Source: a virus
Taxonomy: Duplodnaviria > Caudoviricetes
IMG/VR virus record: IMGVR_UViG_3300005601_000004
Coordinates: 1 to 45,719 of that record
Direction: 5' to 3' (one strand)
Length of the DNA: 45,719 nt
Below, piece by piece: positions 23,697 to 33,688 of the stretch. The position numbers and the translations under genes are program-made. The stretch's first letter is position 1; every line of letters starts with the position of its first letter. The notes below the pieces were generated by a model. That model had not been told where the DNA came from and did not search any database. It saw only the letters and a list, made by a program, of their open reading frames with translations.

Positions 23697-25039
23697 GCCT
23701 TGCGAACTTCAGCCTCCACGAACTTCGGCAGCAGTGTTCACCTGAGCAACTCGTCGAGCTGTTTACCCAACTCACGGACGAAGAGGCTACGCTGCTGCAC
23801 TACCAGTGGTCCTTCTGGGCCCGGCCTCAGCAGCTTCCTCCCGACCTATCGTCCTCCACTTCATGGCTTACATGGCTCATTCTGGCAGGTCGTGGCTTCG
23901 GCAAGACACGTTCCGGCGCCGAGTGGGTGCGCGATCTGGTCGAGCATCACAACTACCGGCGGATTGCACTTGTCGCTGAGGACGCCGGCGACGCTCGAGA
24001 CGTCATGGTCGAGGGTGAGAGCGGTATCATCGCTGTCTGTCCTCCTTGGAATAGACCAAATTATGAGCCCTCAAAGCGACGACTCACCTGGCCCAACGGC
24101 GCCCGTGCAACTATCTTCTCGGCTGACGACCCTGAGAGCCTTCGTGGTCCGCAGCATGACGCAGCATGGCTCGACGAGCTCTGCAAGTGGCGCTACCAGC
24201 AGGAGGCGTGGGACCAGCTGCAGTTCGGTCTGCGCCTGGGGAAGCGTCCCGTTCAGTGCATCACCACGACACCCAAACCCACCAAGCTGCTGAAGGAGAT
24301 CGTCGCACGGAAATCGACGCTCATCACCAAAGGCCACACCTACGACAACCTCGACAACCTGGCGGAGACGTTCCGTGAGGCCATTGTCGCTCGGTACGAG
24401 AACACGCGCCTCGGTCGTCAGGAGCTCTCGGCTGAAATCCTCGACGATAACCCGAACGCTTTGTTCCATCAGCCGCTCATCGACGTGGCGCGCAAGAAGC
24501 TTGCCGACGTGCCCGAAGACCTGCAGATGACTGTGGTAGCAGTCGACCCACCTGCCACCGGCAACGCCAACTCGGACGAGTGCGGTATCATCGTCGCCAG
24601 CCGCGACATCCCGAACACCAACCACGCTCACTTCTACATCCATGGCGATCACACGGTGCAAGGCCGGTCTCCGGAAGGCTGGGCAGCGCAAGCCGTGTCC
24701 GCTTACTACAAGCACGAGGCGAATGCCATCGTGGCCGAGGTGAACAACGGTGGCGACATGGTCGAGAGCGTTATCCATGGCGTCGATCCCACAGTAAAAG
24801 TCATCAAGGTCCGCGCATCGAAGGGCAAGTGGATACGTGCTGAACCCATCGCCGGCCTGTATGAGCAGGGGCGTGTGCATCATGTCGGCTCGTTCAGTGA
24901 CCTCGAAGACCAGATGTGCGACTTCGATCCGTCGGGCACCGTCGAGGGCAAATCACCCGACAGGATGGACGCTCTCGTGTGGGCATTGGCCGAGCTATCG
25001 AACCGAAAGCAGGCGGAACCACGCTTGCGCAACCTCTAA
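23693..25039 (+). CDS. terL: Terminase large subunit (GTA/T4-like family)
   Basis: AGRGFGKT, LRGPQ, AWLDE, VAVDP, SPDRMDA. Confidence 0.95.
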   Translation: MSLANFSLHELRQQCSPEQLVELFTQLTDEEATLLHYQWSFWARPQQLPPDLSSSTSWLTWLILAGRGFGKTRSGAEWVRDLVEHHNYRRIALVAEDAGDARDVMVEGESGIIAVCPPWNRPNYEPSKRRLTWPNGARATIFSADDPESLRGPQHDAAWLDELCKWRYQQEAWDQLQFGLRLGKRPVQCITTTPKPTKLLKEIVARKSTLITKGHTYDNLDNLAETFREAIVARYENTRLGRQELSAEILDDNPNALFHQPLIDVARKKLADVPEDLQMTVVAVDPPATGNANSDECGIIVASRDIPNTNHAHFYIHGDHTVQGRSPEGWAAQAVSAYYKHEANAIVAEVNNGGDMVESVIHGVDPTVKVIKVRASKGKWIRAEPIAGLYEQGRVHHVGSFSDLEDQMCDFDPSGTVEGKSPDRMDALVWALAELSNRKQAEPRLRNL

Positions 25040-25074
25040 TATACGTTACGCACGTAATGTAAGCCACAAAAAGG

Positions 25075-25104
25075 TTGACGGCCGAAGCCGCGGTGTGATA
25101 TGTT
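25075..25104 (+). promoter_or_regulatory. Promoter upstream of portal
   Basis: TTGACG-N18-TATGTT; imperfect palindrome TACGTTACG-CA-CGTAATGTA at 25042-25061. Confidence 0.45.
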
Positions 25105-25144
25105 GGCAACAATCAGCTGACTTATCCACCGCGGAGGCATTTCA

Positions 25145-26434
25145 ATGCAGGAACGGATGACAAAGGCCTCCAAAACAGGCCGTGCAATCTACATGCAGAC
25201 CATGGGACGGCCGAAATGGACGCCCCGACAGTTCGACAAACTCGCCAAAGAGAGCTACGAGATGAATGCGGTGTCCTACCGCTGTGTTCGTCTCATCGCT
25301 GAGGCCGCTGCGGCGATGCCTTTCCTCGTTCGCGAGGGAGGCAAGGAGATGGAAACCCACCCCTTCCTCGATCTGATGAAACGGCCCAACCCGTTCGAGT
25401 CGCGCCAGGAGCTTCTGACGCGGCTTTATTCGTTCTTGCTGCTCGCCGGCAACTCCTACGTCGAACCCAACATCCTCGACAAGGAGATCAGGGAGCTGTT
25501 CATCCTGCGGCCCGACCGCATGACCATCACTCCGGGCGTCAGAGGATACCCCATCAAGTACACCTACACCGTAGGCAACCAGAAGGTCGAGTTCCCGATC
25601 ACGGTACGCGCCGGCGGTCAGCTCCCCATTCTCCATATCAAGGAGTTTCACCCAACGGACGATCAATATGGTCTGTCTCCGGTTGAACCGGCGGCATACT
25701 CCATCGACGTCCACAATCAGTCCAACGTCTTCAGCAAAGCGCTTCTCGACAATATGGCTCGACCTTCGGGGGCTCTCGTATACTCTGGCGGGGAGTCGGG
25801 AACCGAGGCGCTCAGCGATGAACAGTTCACGCGACTGAAGACGGAGCTGGAGGAGAAGTACCAGGGGGCGAAGAATGCTGGCAGGCCCCTGCTGCTCGAG
25901 GGAGGCTTGGACTGGAAGGAGATGTCCCTCGCGCCGAAAGACATGGAGTACACGGAAGCCAAAAACCAATCGGCCCGTGACATCGCTCTGTCTTTCGGTG
26001 TCCCTCCCCAACTTCTCGGCATCCCGGGCGACAACACCTACACCAACTACAGCCAGGCCGTTCGCGCCCTGTACCGGCAGACCGTCATCCCGCTCGTCAT
26101 GCACGTCTGCGGTGACTTCACCAACTTCTTCGCACCTACCTACGGCGATGACTTCGAAGTCATCACCGACCTCGATAGCCTCGAGGCACTCGCCGATGAA
26201 CGTGAAGCACTGTGGAAACGGGTCGAGTCCTCGACTGTCCTGACGCTCGACGAGAAGCGTGAAGCTATGGGCTATGACAAGGCGAAGGACCGCAAGGTCG
26301 GTGAAGCGATTTGGGCACCGATGAACGAGATGCCCCGCAACGCCGACAAACCCGATCCCGGCGACGGCAAAGAACCCGCGTCTGATGACCCGTTCGCTGA
26401 TGACCCGAACAACGGTAACAACGGGGACGCCTGA
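25145..26434 (+). CDS. Portal protein, HK97 family
   Basis: HP...L..RPN, GN.Y, LRPDR, YGLSP, LLEGG, FGVPP.LLG. Confidence 0.95.
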   Translation: MQERMTKASKTGRAIYMQTMGRPKWTPRQFDKLAKESYEMNAVSYRCVRLIAEAAAAMPFLVREGGKEMETHPFLDLMKRPNPFESRQELLTRLYSFLLLAGNSYVEPNILDKEIRELFILRPDRMTITPGVRGYPIKYTYTVGNQKVEFPITVRAGGQLPILHIKEFHPTDDQYGLSPVEPAAYSIDVHNQSNVFSKALLDNMARPSGALVYSGGESGTEALSDEQFTRLKTELEEKYQGAKNAGRPLLLEGGLDWKEMSLAPKDMEYTEAKNQSARDIALSFGVPPQLLGIPGDNTYTNYSQAVRALYRQTVIPLVMHVCGDFTNFFAPTYGDDFEVITDLDSLEALADEREALWKRVESSTVLTLDEKREAMGYDKAKDRKVGEAIWAPMNEMPRNADKPDPGDGKEPASDDPFADDPNNGNNGDA

Positions 26435-27153
26435 TGCTTCGCGAGCAGCACGTTATATCGAGCCAGTTGCTGATTGCGCACGAACAGCGCATGTTCCAGC
26501 GCGTTTATGCGTTGAACGCAGCGCTGGCTCGTCATATCGACGCTCGCTGGACGTCCCAGATGAACTCGTCAGCGCATATGATGATCTACCTCGCGCTCGA
26601 CGTATGGCGCAGCGATCTTGAAGACTTGCTCTTCAGGTTCCACGAGGACATCATGCGAGACGGGATGATGCACGTCATCCGCCTCATGGGTCAGAAGAAT
26701 GAACAACTCGAGTTCCTCCTCAACTTCATCCGTCCCGAACTGCGCCGATATTCGGAGCAACGGGCAGAGCTGATCGAGGCGTTCTTGCGCCAACGGATCA
26801 GTGCCGAATTGGCATCAGGCGAAACGCCGATGCAAGTACGCCAGAACATCGTCCGTATCTTGACAACCCAGAACTATGCACTCCGGATTGCAAGGTCGGA
26901 AGCACATACCGCGCTCGAACGAGGAGCGTGGGAGGCCGCTAACAGCCTGGGAGTTCGTGTCACCAAGGAATGGGTATCACGGGAAGACTCACTCGTCAGG
27001 TTTGCTCATGCCGCGGCCCATGGGCAGAAGCGAGAGATAGATCAGGACTTCCTCGTAGGAGGTGAGCTCATGATGTATCCAGGAGACCCGAAGGCATCGG
27101 CAAAGAATAACGCCAATTGCCGTTGTACTGTGAACTACAGGCTAGGAGGCTGA
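26434..27153 (+). CDS. Head morphogenesis protein (SPP1 gp7 / Mu gpF-like)
   Basis: RIARSE, KEW....D..VR..H...HGQ, F.VGG, PGDP, NCRC. Confidence 0.85.
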   Translation: MLREQHVISSQLLIAHEQRMFQRVYALNAALARHIDARWTSQMNSSAHMMIYLALDVWRSDLEDLLFRFHEDIMRDGMMHVIRLMGQKNEQLEFLLNFIRPELRRYSEQRAELIEAFLRQRISAELASGETPMQVRQNIVRILTTQNYALRIARSEAHTALERGAWEAANSLGVRVTKEWVSREDSLVRFAHAAAHGQKREIDQDFLVGGELMMYPGDPKASAKNNANCRCTVNYRLGG

Positions 27154-27166
27154 GGAATTGACCCAC

Positions 27167-27826
27167 ATGGATGCACAGACAAAGAAGACTACAATTCGTG
27201 CGATGGCCGATTTTGGCAAAGTGCTTGCCGCCATCATTACTTCAACCGCAGTCGTCGGCACTGCAGTCATCTGGTTCACGCTACCGCGTATCACGGAATG
27301 GATGGCAACAGTCGCAACGCAGGCCGTCGACCAATACGTCGCGCAGACGCAAGACAATGCCACGACGCTTCTCGATGTCACGCGACAGGTCAGCGTCCTG
27401 GTTGATCGGGTCGACCGACTGCAGGCTGACCCCAGTGCCATCCGGAGTGATGTACTCGAGTTTGAGGACTTCGGCAACACAGTGACGAACGGACAGGCGG
27501 GAGACCGCGTTCGTATCACGTGGCGTTTCCGCAAGCTGCAGCAATGCGGCGCACCGACAGTGGATGTATTCTTCCGCAATGGTGGTGATGTCACCCATCG
27601 TTTCGAGAACGTGTCCATCGTCAATGACAATGGCGAAGGCGTCGACTCTCCTGTCAACCCGAGCCTGGTGCAAACTCTTACCTACAGCGCGGTCATACCC
27701 GATGACCAAGAGGTCGAGCCCGGTCGCGCATATGCGTGGGTTACGTTGAGATACGCCGCATGTCCGCTCGCGCCTCCGTCAATATCGCCGGAGGTGCCCT
27801 TCAGGATACTGCCTCCCCCACAATGA
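27167..27826 (+). CDS. Hypothetical membrane-anchored protein
   Basis: N-terminal hydrophobic helix, coiled coil, beta-rich C-terminus with two Cys. Confidence 0.6.
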   Translation: MDAQTKKTTIRAMADFGKVLAAIITSTAVVGTAVIWFTLPRITEWMATVATQAVDQYVAQTQDNATTLLDVTRQVSVLVDRVDRLQADPSAIRSDVLEFEDFGNTVTNGQAGDRVRITWRFRKLQQCGAPTVDVFFRNGGDVTHRFENVSIVNDNGEGVDSPVNPSLVQTLTYSAVIPDDQEVEPGRAYAWVTLRYAACPLAPPSISPEVPFRILPPPQ

Positions 27827-27828
27827 AG

Positions 27829-27857
27829 TTGCCAAACCCGCAGGTTTGGTATATGAT
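27829..27857 (+). promoter_or_regulatory. Promoter for protease/capsid genes with an inverted repeat in the spacer
   Basis: TTGCCA-N17-TATGAT; CCAAACC-N4-GGTTTGG. Confidence 0.55.
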
Positions 27858-27881
27858 ACGCCCATGAAAGGAAACTCGCTC

Positions 27882-28544
27882 ATGACCACGAACACGGAAA
27901 AGAAGTTCGTCCCTCTCGACCTCAAGGAGGTATCCGACGAGGGCGTGTTTGAGGGCTACGCTTCGAAGTTCGGTGACCGCGATCAAGGCGGTGACACGGT
28001 CTTGAAGGGTGCCTTTTCAAACTCACTCCGCCAGCGCAAGGCAAAGAACGTCAAGATGCTCTGGCAGCATGATCCCTCCTATCCCATCGGGATTTGGGAG
28101 GAGATGTCCGAAGATGCGACCGGCCTTTATGTCAAGGGCCGCTTGCTCACCTCCGTCTCCAAGGCGAAGGAAACCTACGAACTCATGAAGGCCGGTATCA
28201 TCGACGGCCTCTCAATCGGTTACCGCACGATCAAGGCTCTTCGCGACGACGCCACTGGCACTCGTCAACTGAAGGAACTCGATCTGTGGGAAATCTCGCT
28301 TGTCACGTTCCCCATGCTGCAGTCGGCCACGGTCACTTCGGTCAAGGGGGAGTGGAACAAGCGCGATGTCGAGCGTGTACTGCGAGATGCAGGCATGCCG
28401 AATGCGATGGCTGTCAAGCTTATCGCCGGGGGCTGGAATGCCGCCAACACCTCCGACGGACAGGGCGATCCTGACGACGGGCTTAGCAATGTGATGGACG
28501 AGCTCCGTCGCATGAATGAAACCCTGCAAAGGAGACTGACATGA
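27882..28544 (+). CDS. Prohead protease, HK97 family
   Basis: FEGYAS.F, MLWQHD, GLSIGY, LWEISLVTFP. Confidence 0.93.
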   Translation: MTTNTEKKFVPLDLKEVSDEGVFEGYASKFGDRDQGGDTVLKGAFSNSLRQRKAKNVKMLWQHDPSYPIGIWEEMSEDATGLYVKGRLLTSVSKAKETYELMKAGIIDGLSIGYRTIKALRDDATGTRQLKELDLWEISLVTFPMLQSATVTSVKGEWNKRDVERVLRDAGMPNAMAVKLIAGGWNAANTSDGQGDPDDGLSNVMDELRRMNETLQRRLT

Positions 28545-29878
28545 AAGATCTCATGCACCCCTACGCCGGTGGTCCGCTCGAAGTGAAGGACGCATCCGGT
28601 GGCAACGGCAACGACGACAACAAGGCGCCGGACACCGTTGAAATCAAGAAGGGCCTCGACGCCTTCTCCAAGACTCTCGACGCCTTCATGAAGAAGACGG
28701 ACGACGAGCTGAAGGAGATGAAGAAGTCCTCCGACGGCAAGACCGCCGACGTGGTCACCAAGGACGAGGTGAAGAAGCTCACCGATGCCCTGGAAGAGCA
28801 GAAGAAGCTGGTCGACGCGCTGCGCCTGGAAAACAACCGTCCGATCATGACGGCCAACGACGGCACCAAGCAGCAGATGACCGACGAACAGATCGAGCAC
28901 AAGAAGGCGTTCGATGCCTGGTTCCGCAAGGACGTCGGTGAAGACCAGCTGGCCGAGCTGCAGAAGAAGGCGCTCTCGGTCGGCACCGATCCCGACGGTG
29001 GCTACACCGTTCCGGTGCAGATGGAAGCGGCAATCGACCGCGTCATCACGGAAATCTCCGAGATGCGGAACATCGCCCGTGTCGTCCAGGTGTCCACGGC
29101 TTCCTACAAGAAGCGCGTGTCCCTCGGCGGTGCGACTTCCGGCTGGGTGGGTGAACAGGCCTCGCGCCCGAACACCGATACCCCGACGCTGGATGTGCTC
29201 GAGTACCCGGTGATGGAGCTCTACGCCAACCCGGCGGCGACGCAGTCCATCCTCGATGACTCGGCCATCAACATCGACCAGTGGCTCGCCGACGAGGTTG
29301 CCATCGAGTTCGCTCAGCAGGAAGGTGCTGCCTTCGTCAACGGCAATGGCGCTGCGAAACCTCGCGGCTTCACGACCTACGACAAGGTGGACAACGACAG
29401 CTGGACCTGGGGCAAGCACGGTCGCGTCATCACCGGCGTCGATGGTGACTGGGCCGACAGCTCGTCCGATCCGGGCGCCGAGACCACGAACATCGTGGAC
29501 CTCGTCTACGCCCTGAAACCGGTCTTCCGCCGGAACGCTCGCTTCACCATGAACCGCAAGACGGTCTCGAACGTGATGAAGCTGCGTGACGCCGACGGCC
29601 GGCAGCTGTGGTCCTCGGGCCTGCGTGATGGTCAGCCCGACCGTCTCATGGGCTACCCGATCTACGAGATGGAAGACATGCCGGACATCGCGTCCGACAC
29701 CTACCCCATCGCGTTCGGGGACTTCCAGCGTGGTTACCTGATCGTTGACCGCATCGGCGTTCGCGTCCTGCGCGATCCGTTCTCGGCCAAGCCCTACATC
29801 CAGTTCTACACGACCAAGCGTGTGGGTGGCGGGGCTGACCACTACGACGCGATCAAGTTCCTGCAGTTCGCGGACTGA
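28541..29878 (+). CDS. Major capsid protein, HK97 fold with delta domain
   Basis: Coiled-coil N-terminus, DGGYTVP, WVGE, AFVNGNG..KPRG, IAFGDF, RDPFS. Confidence 0.95.
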   Translation: MKDLMHPYAGGPLEVKDASGGNGNDDNKAPDTVEIKKGLDAFSKTLDAFMKKTDDELKEMKKSSDGKTADVVTKDEVKKLTDALEEQKKLVDALRLENNRPIMTANDGTKQQMTDEQIEHKKAFDAWFRKDVGEDQLAELQKKALSVGTDPDGGYTVPVQMEAAIDRVITEISEMRNIARVVQVSTASYKKRVSLGGATSGWVGEQASRPNTDTPTLDVLEYPVMELYANPAATQSILDDSAINIDQWLADEVAIEFAQQEGAAFVNGNGAAKPRGFTTYDKVDNDSWTWGKHGRVITGVDGDWADSSSDPGAETTNIVDLVYALKPVFRRNARFTMNRKTVSNVMKLRDADGRQLWSSGLRDGQPDRLMGYPIYEMEDMPDIASDTYPIAFGDFQRGYLIVDRIGVRVLRDPFSAKPYIQFYTTKRVGGGADHYDAIKFLQFAD

Positions 29879-29945
29879 TCGTAACCACCGGGCGAGGCGA
29901 ATGAGCGCCTCGTCTACCTTAACCGTTCACTGAAGGAGATACCCA

Positions 29946-30371
29946 ATGAAACGGGACCTGATGAACAACATCCACCCGGTGGTTGCAATCGCACCCTTCG
30001 TGGCTACGGATGGTACTGTGGCAGTTTCGGCTGCCATCGACGTTCGCCACTACAAGTCGGTGACCTTCATCATCGCACTGGGCACCCTCGCTGATGCCGA
30101 CGCAACCTGGGCCGTCACGGTCAAGGAAGGTTCGGACTCGACGCAGGGCAACCACACTGCGGTGGCTGACACCGACCTGATCGGCACCGAGGCCCTCGCG
30201 GGCTTCACCTTCGCCGATGATGGCGAGTGCCGCAAGATCGGCTACAAGGGCGATCAGGACTACGTGTCCATCGAGATCGACGATGTTACCGCCAACTCGG
30301 GCAACGCGCCCATGTGCGTCATCGCCATCCTCGAGCCCTACGAACGGCCGAGCTCGAACCCGCCGGCGTAA
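29946..30371 (+). CDS. Probable virion (head decoration-like) protein
   Basis: Beta-rich 141 aa directly after MCP; AAGGAG SD; call from position only. Confidence 0.5.
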   Translation: MKRDLMNNIHPVVAIAPFVATDGTVAVSAAIDVRHYKSVTFIIALGTLADADATWAVTVKEGSDSTQGNHTAVADTDLIGTEALAGFTFADDGECRKIGYKGDQDYVSIEIDDVTANSGNAPMCVIAILEPYERPSSNPPA

Positions 30372-30450
30372 CCTCGTTCGCCGATGGGCGGCGGTCAGCT
30401 CTATCCTCCTCCCGGGGCTGGCCGCCACTTTAACCTGAAAGGATGCCACG

Positions 30451-31110
30451 ATGAAATTCTCGAACCAACGCACGACTGATCCCGCAACCGAAGTTGCGAC
30501 CGTTGCCCAGATGGACACGTTTCTTCGTGGCGACAACGTGCTCGAGTCCGTCGATGGCGAACTGCTCACCTCGCTCATCCAGTCCGCTCGTGAGTATGTG
30601 GAGGAGTTCACCCGCCGCGCACTCATCACGCAGACATGGACGTTGTTCATGGATGACTTCCCTCAAACCCGTGACCCGCTGGGATGGTGGGATGGCGTTC
30701 GTGAAGGGAGCATCACCCAAGGACAGGCGAACTCGTTTGAGCTACCCATCGGGCCGCTTCAATCGGTCACGTCCATCTCGACGTTCTCCGACACGAATGC
30801 GGAGACCACGTTCGATGCCGCCAACTATTTCTTGAACACCACAGCCACGCCCGGCGAGGTCATCCTCAACACCGGCGCAACGTGGCCCGTGTTCACCCGC
30901 AATCGCAACGGCGTCAAGGTCGTGTATGTCGCAGGTTATGGCGACAACGCAACCGACGTGCCGTCCCCGCTCCGGACTGCTGTCAAGCAGCTTGCGGCTC
31001 ACTGGTATGAGAACCGCGAACTCGTCAAGACGCAATCGGACCAAAACCAGGCGATGGCACCTGTCCACGTGCAGTCGATCCTGAACCGGTACAAGGTGCG
31101 CAAGCTATGA
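30451..31110 (+). CDS. Head-tail adaptor (gp6-like)
   Basis: LI.SAR..VE.FT.RALITQTW, Y.AGYG, VP..L..A...L.AHWYENRE. Confidence 0.88.
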   Translation: MKFSNQRTTDPATEVATVAQMDTFLRGDNVLESVDGELLTSLIQSAREYVEEFTRRALITQTWTLFMDDFPQTRDPLGWWDGVREGSITQGQANSFELPIGPLQSVTSISTFSDTNAETTFDAANYFLNTTATPGEVILNTGATWPVFTRNRNGVKVVYVAGYGDNATDVPSPLRTAVKQLAAHWYENRELVKTQSDQNQAMAPVHVQSILNRYKVRKL

Positions 31111-31457
31111 AGAACAGACTGTTTGACATCGGCAAGCTTCGCCACCGTATCTCGCTGTATGCTGTCGACCGTCAGGACGACGGCTCTGGTGGCTTTGATC
31201 GACAGGACCCGAGCGGTGCGACCAAAATCCAGGACTACTGGGCGCGTGTCGAGCCAGTCAGCGCGAAGGAACGTCAGTGGGGAGAGCAATTCACCGAAGT
31301 GACGACGCACAAGTGCTGGCTCCGCTACAACACGCTCGTGCAGCAAGGAATGATCCTGCGCTATCGCAATGTCGACTACTACATCGAGCAGGCGTATGAT
31401 CCCGACAACACCCAGGAGTGGCTGTTCCTGACCCTTCGTGAAGGAGGGCCGATGTAA
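31107..31457 (+). CDS. Head closure/stopper protein
   Basis: IGKLRHRI, DGSGG, WARVEP.S..E, TH...LRY. Confidence 0.85.
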   Translation: MKNRLFDIGKLRHRISLYAVDRQDDGSGGFDRQDPSGATKIQDYWARVEPVSAKERQWGEQFTEVTTHKCWLRYNTLVQQGMILRYRNVDYYIEQAYDPDNTQEWLFLTLREGGPM

Positions 31458-31894
31458 TGCCTCGTCTTGATGTCCGCGTCCGCAACCTCTCCTCGCTTCA
31501 GGCCAAGGTGAAGCGACTGGATTGGGGCATTCAGGCCGCGGTCATTCGGGCACTGCGTTCACTCGCCAACCCGATTGAGCAGGACATCAAGAAGGAGCTA
31601 CGTCGAACCAAGTCCGGACCGGTGGTCACTCGGTATCGTCCCGAACGTCAAGTCAAGGTGTCCCGTCCCTATGAGGCTCCGGCCAAAGACATGGGCATGT
31701 TGGTCAACTCGATTGATGTTGACGTGGACCCGGCACAGTTCAACCTGACAATCAGTGCCGCGGCTCCCTACGCTCGGGAGCTTGAATACGGCACACGCAA
31801 GATGCTACCGCGTCCGTTCCTTCGTCCTGCGCTTGCTCGCTGGCGCAAGGCGATCATCGACGCGATCCACAAAGCGATCAAGGAGGCGGTGTGA
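31457..31894 (+). CDS. HK97 gp10-like tail completion protein
   Basis: G.L..SI, YA..LEYGT.KM.PRPFLRPA. Confidence 0.85.
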   Translation: MPRLDVRVRNLSSLQAKVKRLDWGIQAAVIRALRSLANPIEQDIKKELRRTKSGPVVTRYRPERQVKVSRPYEAPAKDMGMLVNSIDVDVDPAQFNLTISAAAPYARELEYGTRKMLPRPFLRPALARWRKAIIDAIHKAIKEAV

Positions 31895-32301
31895 TGGCCG
31901 AAGATGCAAGCGAACAACTGATGAAGGCCCACATTGCCGCACTCCGTGCCGACGCGACACTGCAATCACTTGGTGTGGGAGAACGTGTCTATGACTACGT
32001 CCCACGCCGCGAGCAATACCCGTATATCGTCTACCATATCACGGACTCCGATGAATGGGACACGACGACTGACAACGGGGAAGAACACGCCGTCTACGTC
32101 CATGTCTGGGATGACAAAGAAGGATCGAAGAGGGCGCGCAAGATCATGCAACGGGTCTATGAGCTGCTGCATGATGTCACGTCCTACTCGCTCACCGACC
32201 ACAACCTGGTGAATAGCCGGCGCGTGTCTCGGACGATTGATCGAGAAGGGCAACTTTACCATGGCATCGGGCTGTTCCGTGCCGTAACAGAGGAGACCTA
32301 A
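31891..32301 (+). CDS. Tail terminator (DUF3168-like)
   Basis: VYD.VP....YPY, H...VHVW, HG...FRA. Confidence 0.82.
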   Translation: MMAEDASEQLMKAHIAALRADATLQSLGVGERVYDYVPRREQYPYIVYHITDSDEWDTTTDNGEEHAVYVHVWDDKEGSKRARKIMQRVYELLHDVTSYSLTDHNLVNSRRVSRTIDREGQLYHGIGLFRAVTEET

Positions 32302-32302
32302 C

Positions 32303-32716
32303 ATGGCTGGTCAAAAAGGGAGTGACATCCTCATCAAGGTGGACTCGGACGGCGCTGGTACGTTCGTGACTATCGGCGGGATGCGCTCGAAGTCAATCTC
32401 GCTCAACGCCGAGACGGTGGATATGTCGGACTCCGACTCCACCAACAAGTGGCGTGAGCTTCTCGAAGGTGCGGGCATGAAGTCCGCTACCATCACTGGT
32501 TCGGGTGTCTTCAAGGACAGCGCCGGGGAGGAAGACGTTCGCGGCTACTTCTTCGCACAGTCCATCGAGGACTTCCAGTTCATCATCCCCGACTTCGGCA
32601 CCATCGAAGGCGCGTTCCAAGTGTCCGCCATCGACTACGCCGGCGAATACAACGGGGAAGCCACGTTCTCGATGACGTTCGAGTCCGCGGGTGAACTGAC
32701 CTGGACGGCAGCGTAA
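32303..32716 (+). CDS. Major tail tube protein (TP901-1/GTA type)
   Basis: MAGQKG.D.L.K, WRELL.GAG, GSGVF, IPDFG...G.F. Confidence 0.92.
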   Translation: MAGQKGSDILIKVDSDGAGTFVTIGGMRSKSISLNAETVDMSDSDSTNKWRELLEGAGMKSATITGSGVFKDSAGEEDVRGYFFAQSIEDFQFIIPDFGTIEGAFQVSAIDYAGEYNGEATFSMTFESAGELTWTAA

Positions 32717-32731
32717 CGGAGGGCTGGCATC

Positions 32732-33088
32732 ATGGCTGCACTCACACTGCAATCCATTGTCCTCGGAGGTCTCCAACCGGCTTACGCCGCCGTGAACTCC
32801 GAGGATACCGTTGTCGTGAACAACGCACAGCGGAACTTCCTGCACGTCAAGAACGGCAGCGGTGGCTCGATCAACGTGACCATCACTGCCGTCAAGACCA
32901 CCGCTCGTGTGCAGGGCGTCGGCGTCGTGTCGATCTCGGATGAGGTCGTCGCGGTGCCCGCCGGCGAGGAGCGGATCATCGGGCCTTTCACTGAGGCCTA
33001 CATGGATACCGATGGCACTGTGACCATCGGCTATTCCGGCACCACTTCTGTCACGGCGGGCGTGTTCTCGCTGCCGGCAGGATACTGA
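32732..33088 (+). CDS. Hypothetical beta-rich protein, probably virion-associated
   Basis: GGAGG SD; between tail tube and chaperones. Confidence 0.6.
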   Translation: MAALTLQSIVLGGLQPAYAAVNSEDTVVVNNAQRNFLHVKNGSGGSINVTITAVKTTARVQGVGVVSISDEVVAVPAGEERIIGPFTEAYMDTDGTVTIGYSGTTSVTAGVFSLPAGY

Positions 33089-33116
33089 AACCAACGGTCG
33101 TAAGGAGGATAGACCC

Positions 33117-33470
33117 ATGACCAAAGCAAACAAGCAACGAGGTGAAGTGAAGATCGAAGGTCCCGAGGGCAAGGAATACAAGATGTGCCTCACCCTCGGG
33201 GCAATCGCGCAGATCGAAGAGGACCTCGGTGTGGAGAGCCTCACGAAGATCGACGAGGTGATGTCCAAAGCCCGGATGCGGGACGTGCTCACCATCTTCG
33301 TCGCTCTCCTCAACGGTGGTGGCAATACCGACATCACCCGCAAGGACATGATCTCCTGGGACGTCACCATCCAGGACCTTATGGACAAGATCCGTGAATG
33401 CTTCAACGCTGCCGGCTTCGAGAACGAAGAAGACGATGGCAAGAAGGAGGAAGGTGACGAGGGAAACTGA
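33117..33470 (+). CDS. Tail assembly chaperone (gpG-like)
   Basis: AN..RGEV, LTLGA.A.IE; ends in slippery G GGA AAC TGA. Confidence 0.85.
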   Translation: MTKANKQRGEVKIEGPEGKEYKMCLTLGAIAQIEEDLGVESLTKIDEVMSKARMRDVLTIFVALLNGGGNTDITRKDMISWDVTIQDLMDKIRECFNAAGFENEEDDGKKEEGDEGN

Positions 33471-33688
33471 CGGGCAGCCGCCCGACGCCATGGGAATACT
33501 GGATGAAGGTCGCCTTTGGGCACATCCACTATACTCCCGATGTCTTTTGGGGGATGAGCCTGCGGGAATGGCAGGCCGCCCTCAAAGGATACATCCAAAA
33601 GGAGTATGGCGAACCTGAAACCCCCATGACCTCGAGTTCGCTGCAAAAGATGATGAAGGAGTATCCGGATGATCGGCCGGCTGATTGA
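33461..33688 (+). CDS. Tail assembly chaperone gpT-like part reached by -1 frameshift
   Basis: GGGAAAC at 33461-33467; the -1 frame is open into PW..W...P..FW.MSLREW...YPD. Confidence 0.8.
   Translation, partial: GKLTGSRPTPWEYWMKVAFGHIHYTPDVFWGMSLREWQAALKGYIQKEYGEPETPMTSSSLQKMMKEYPDDRPAD

Noticed and set aside
28265-29842. Long antisense ORFs (also 1526-2620, 5808-6875, 32393-33781, 37885-39768, 40318-41862)
   Set aside because: Shadows of high-GC codon bias opposite clearly identified genes; no motifs
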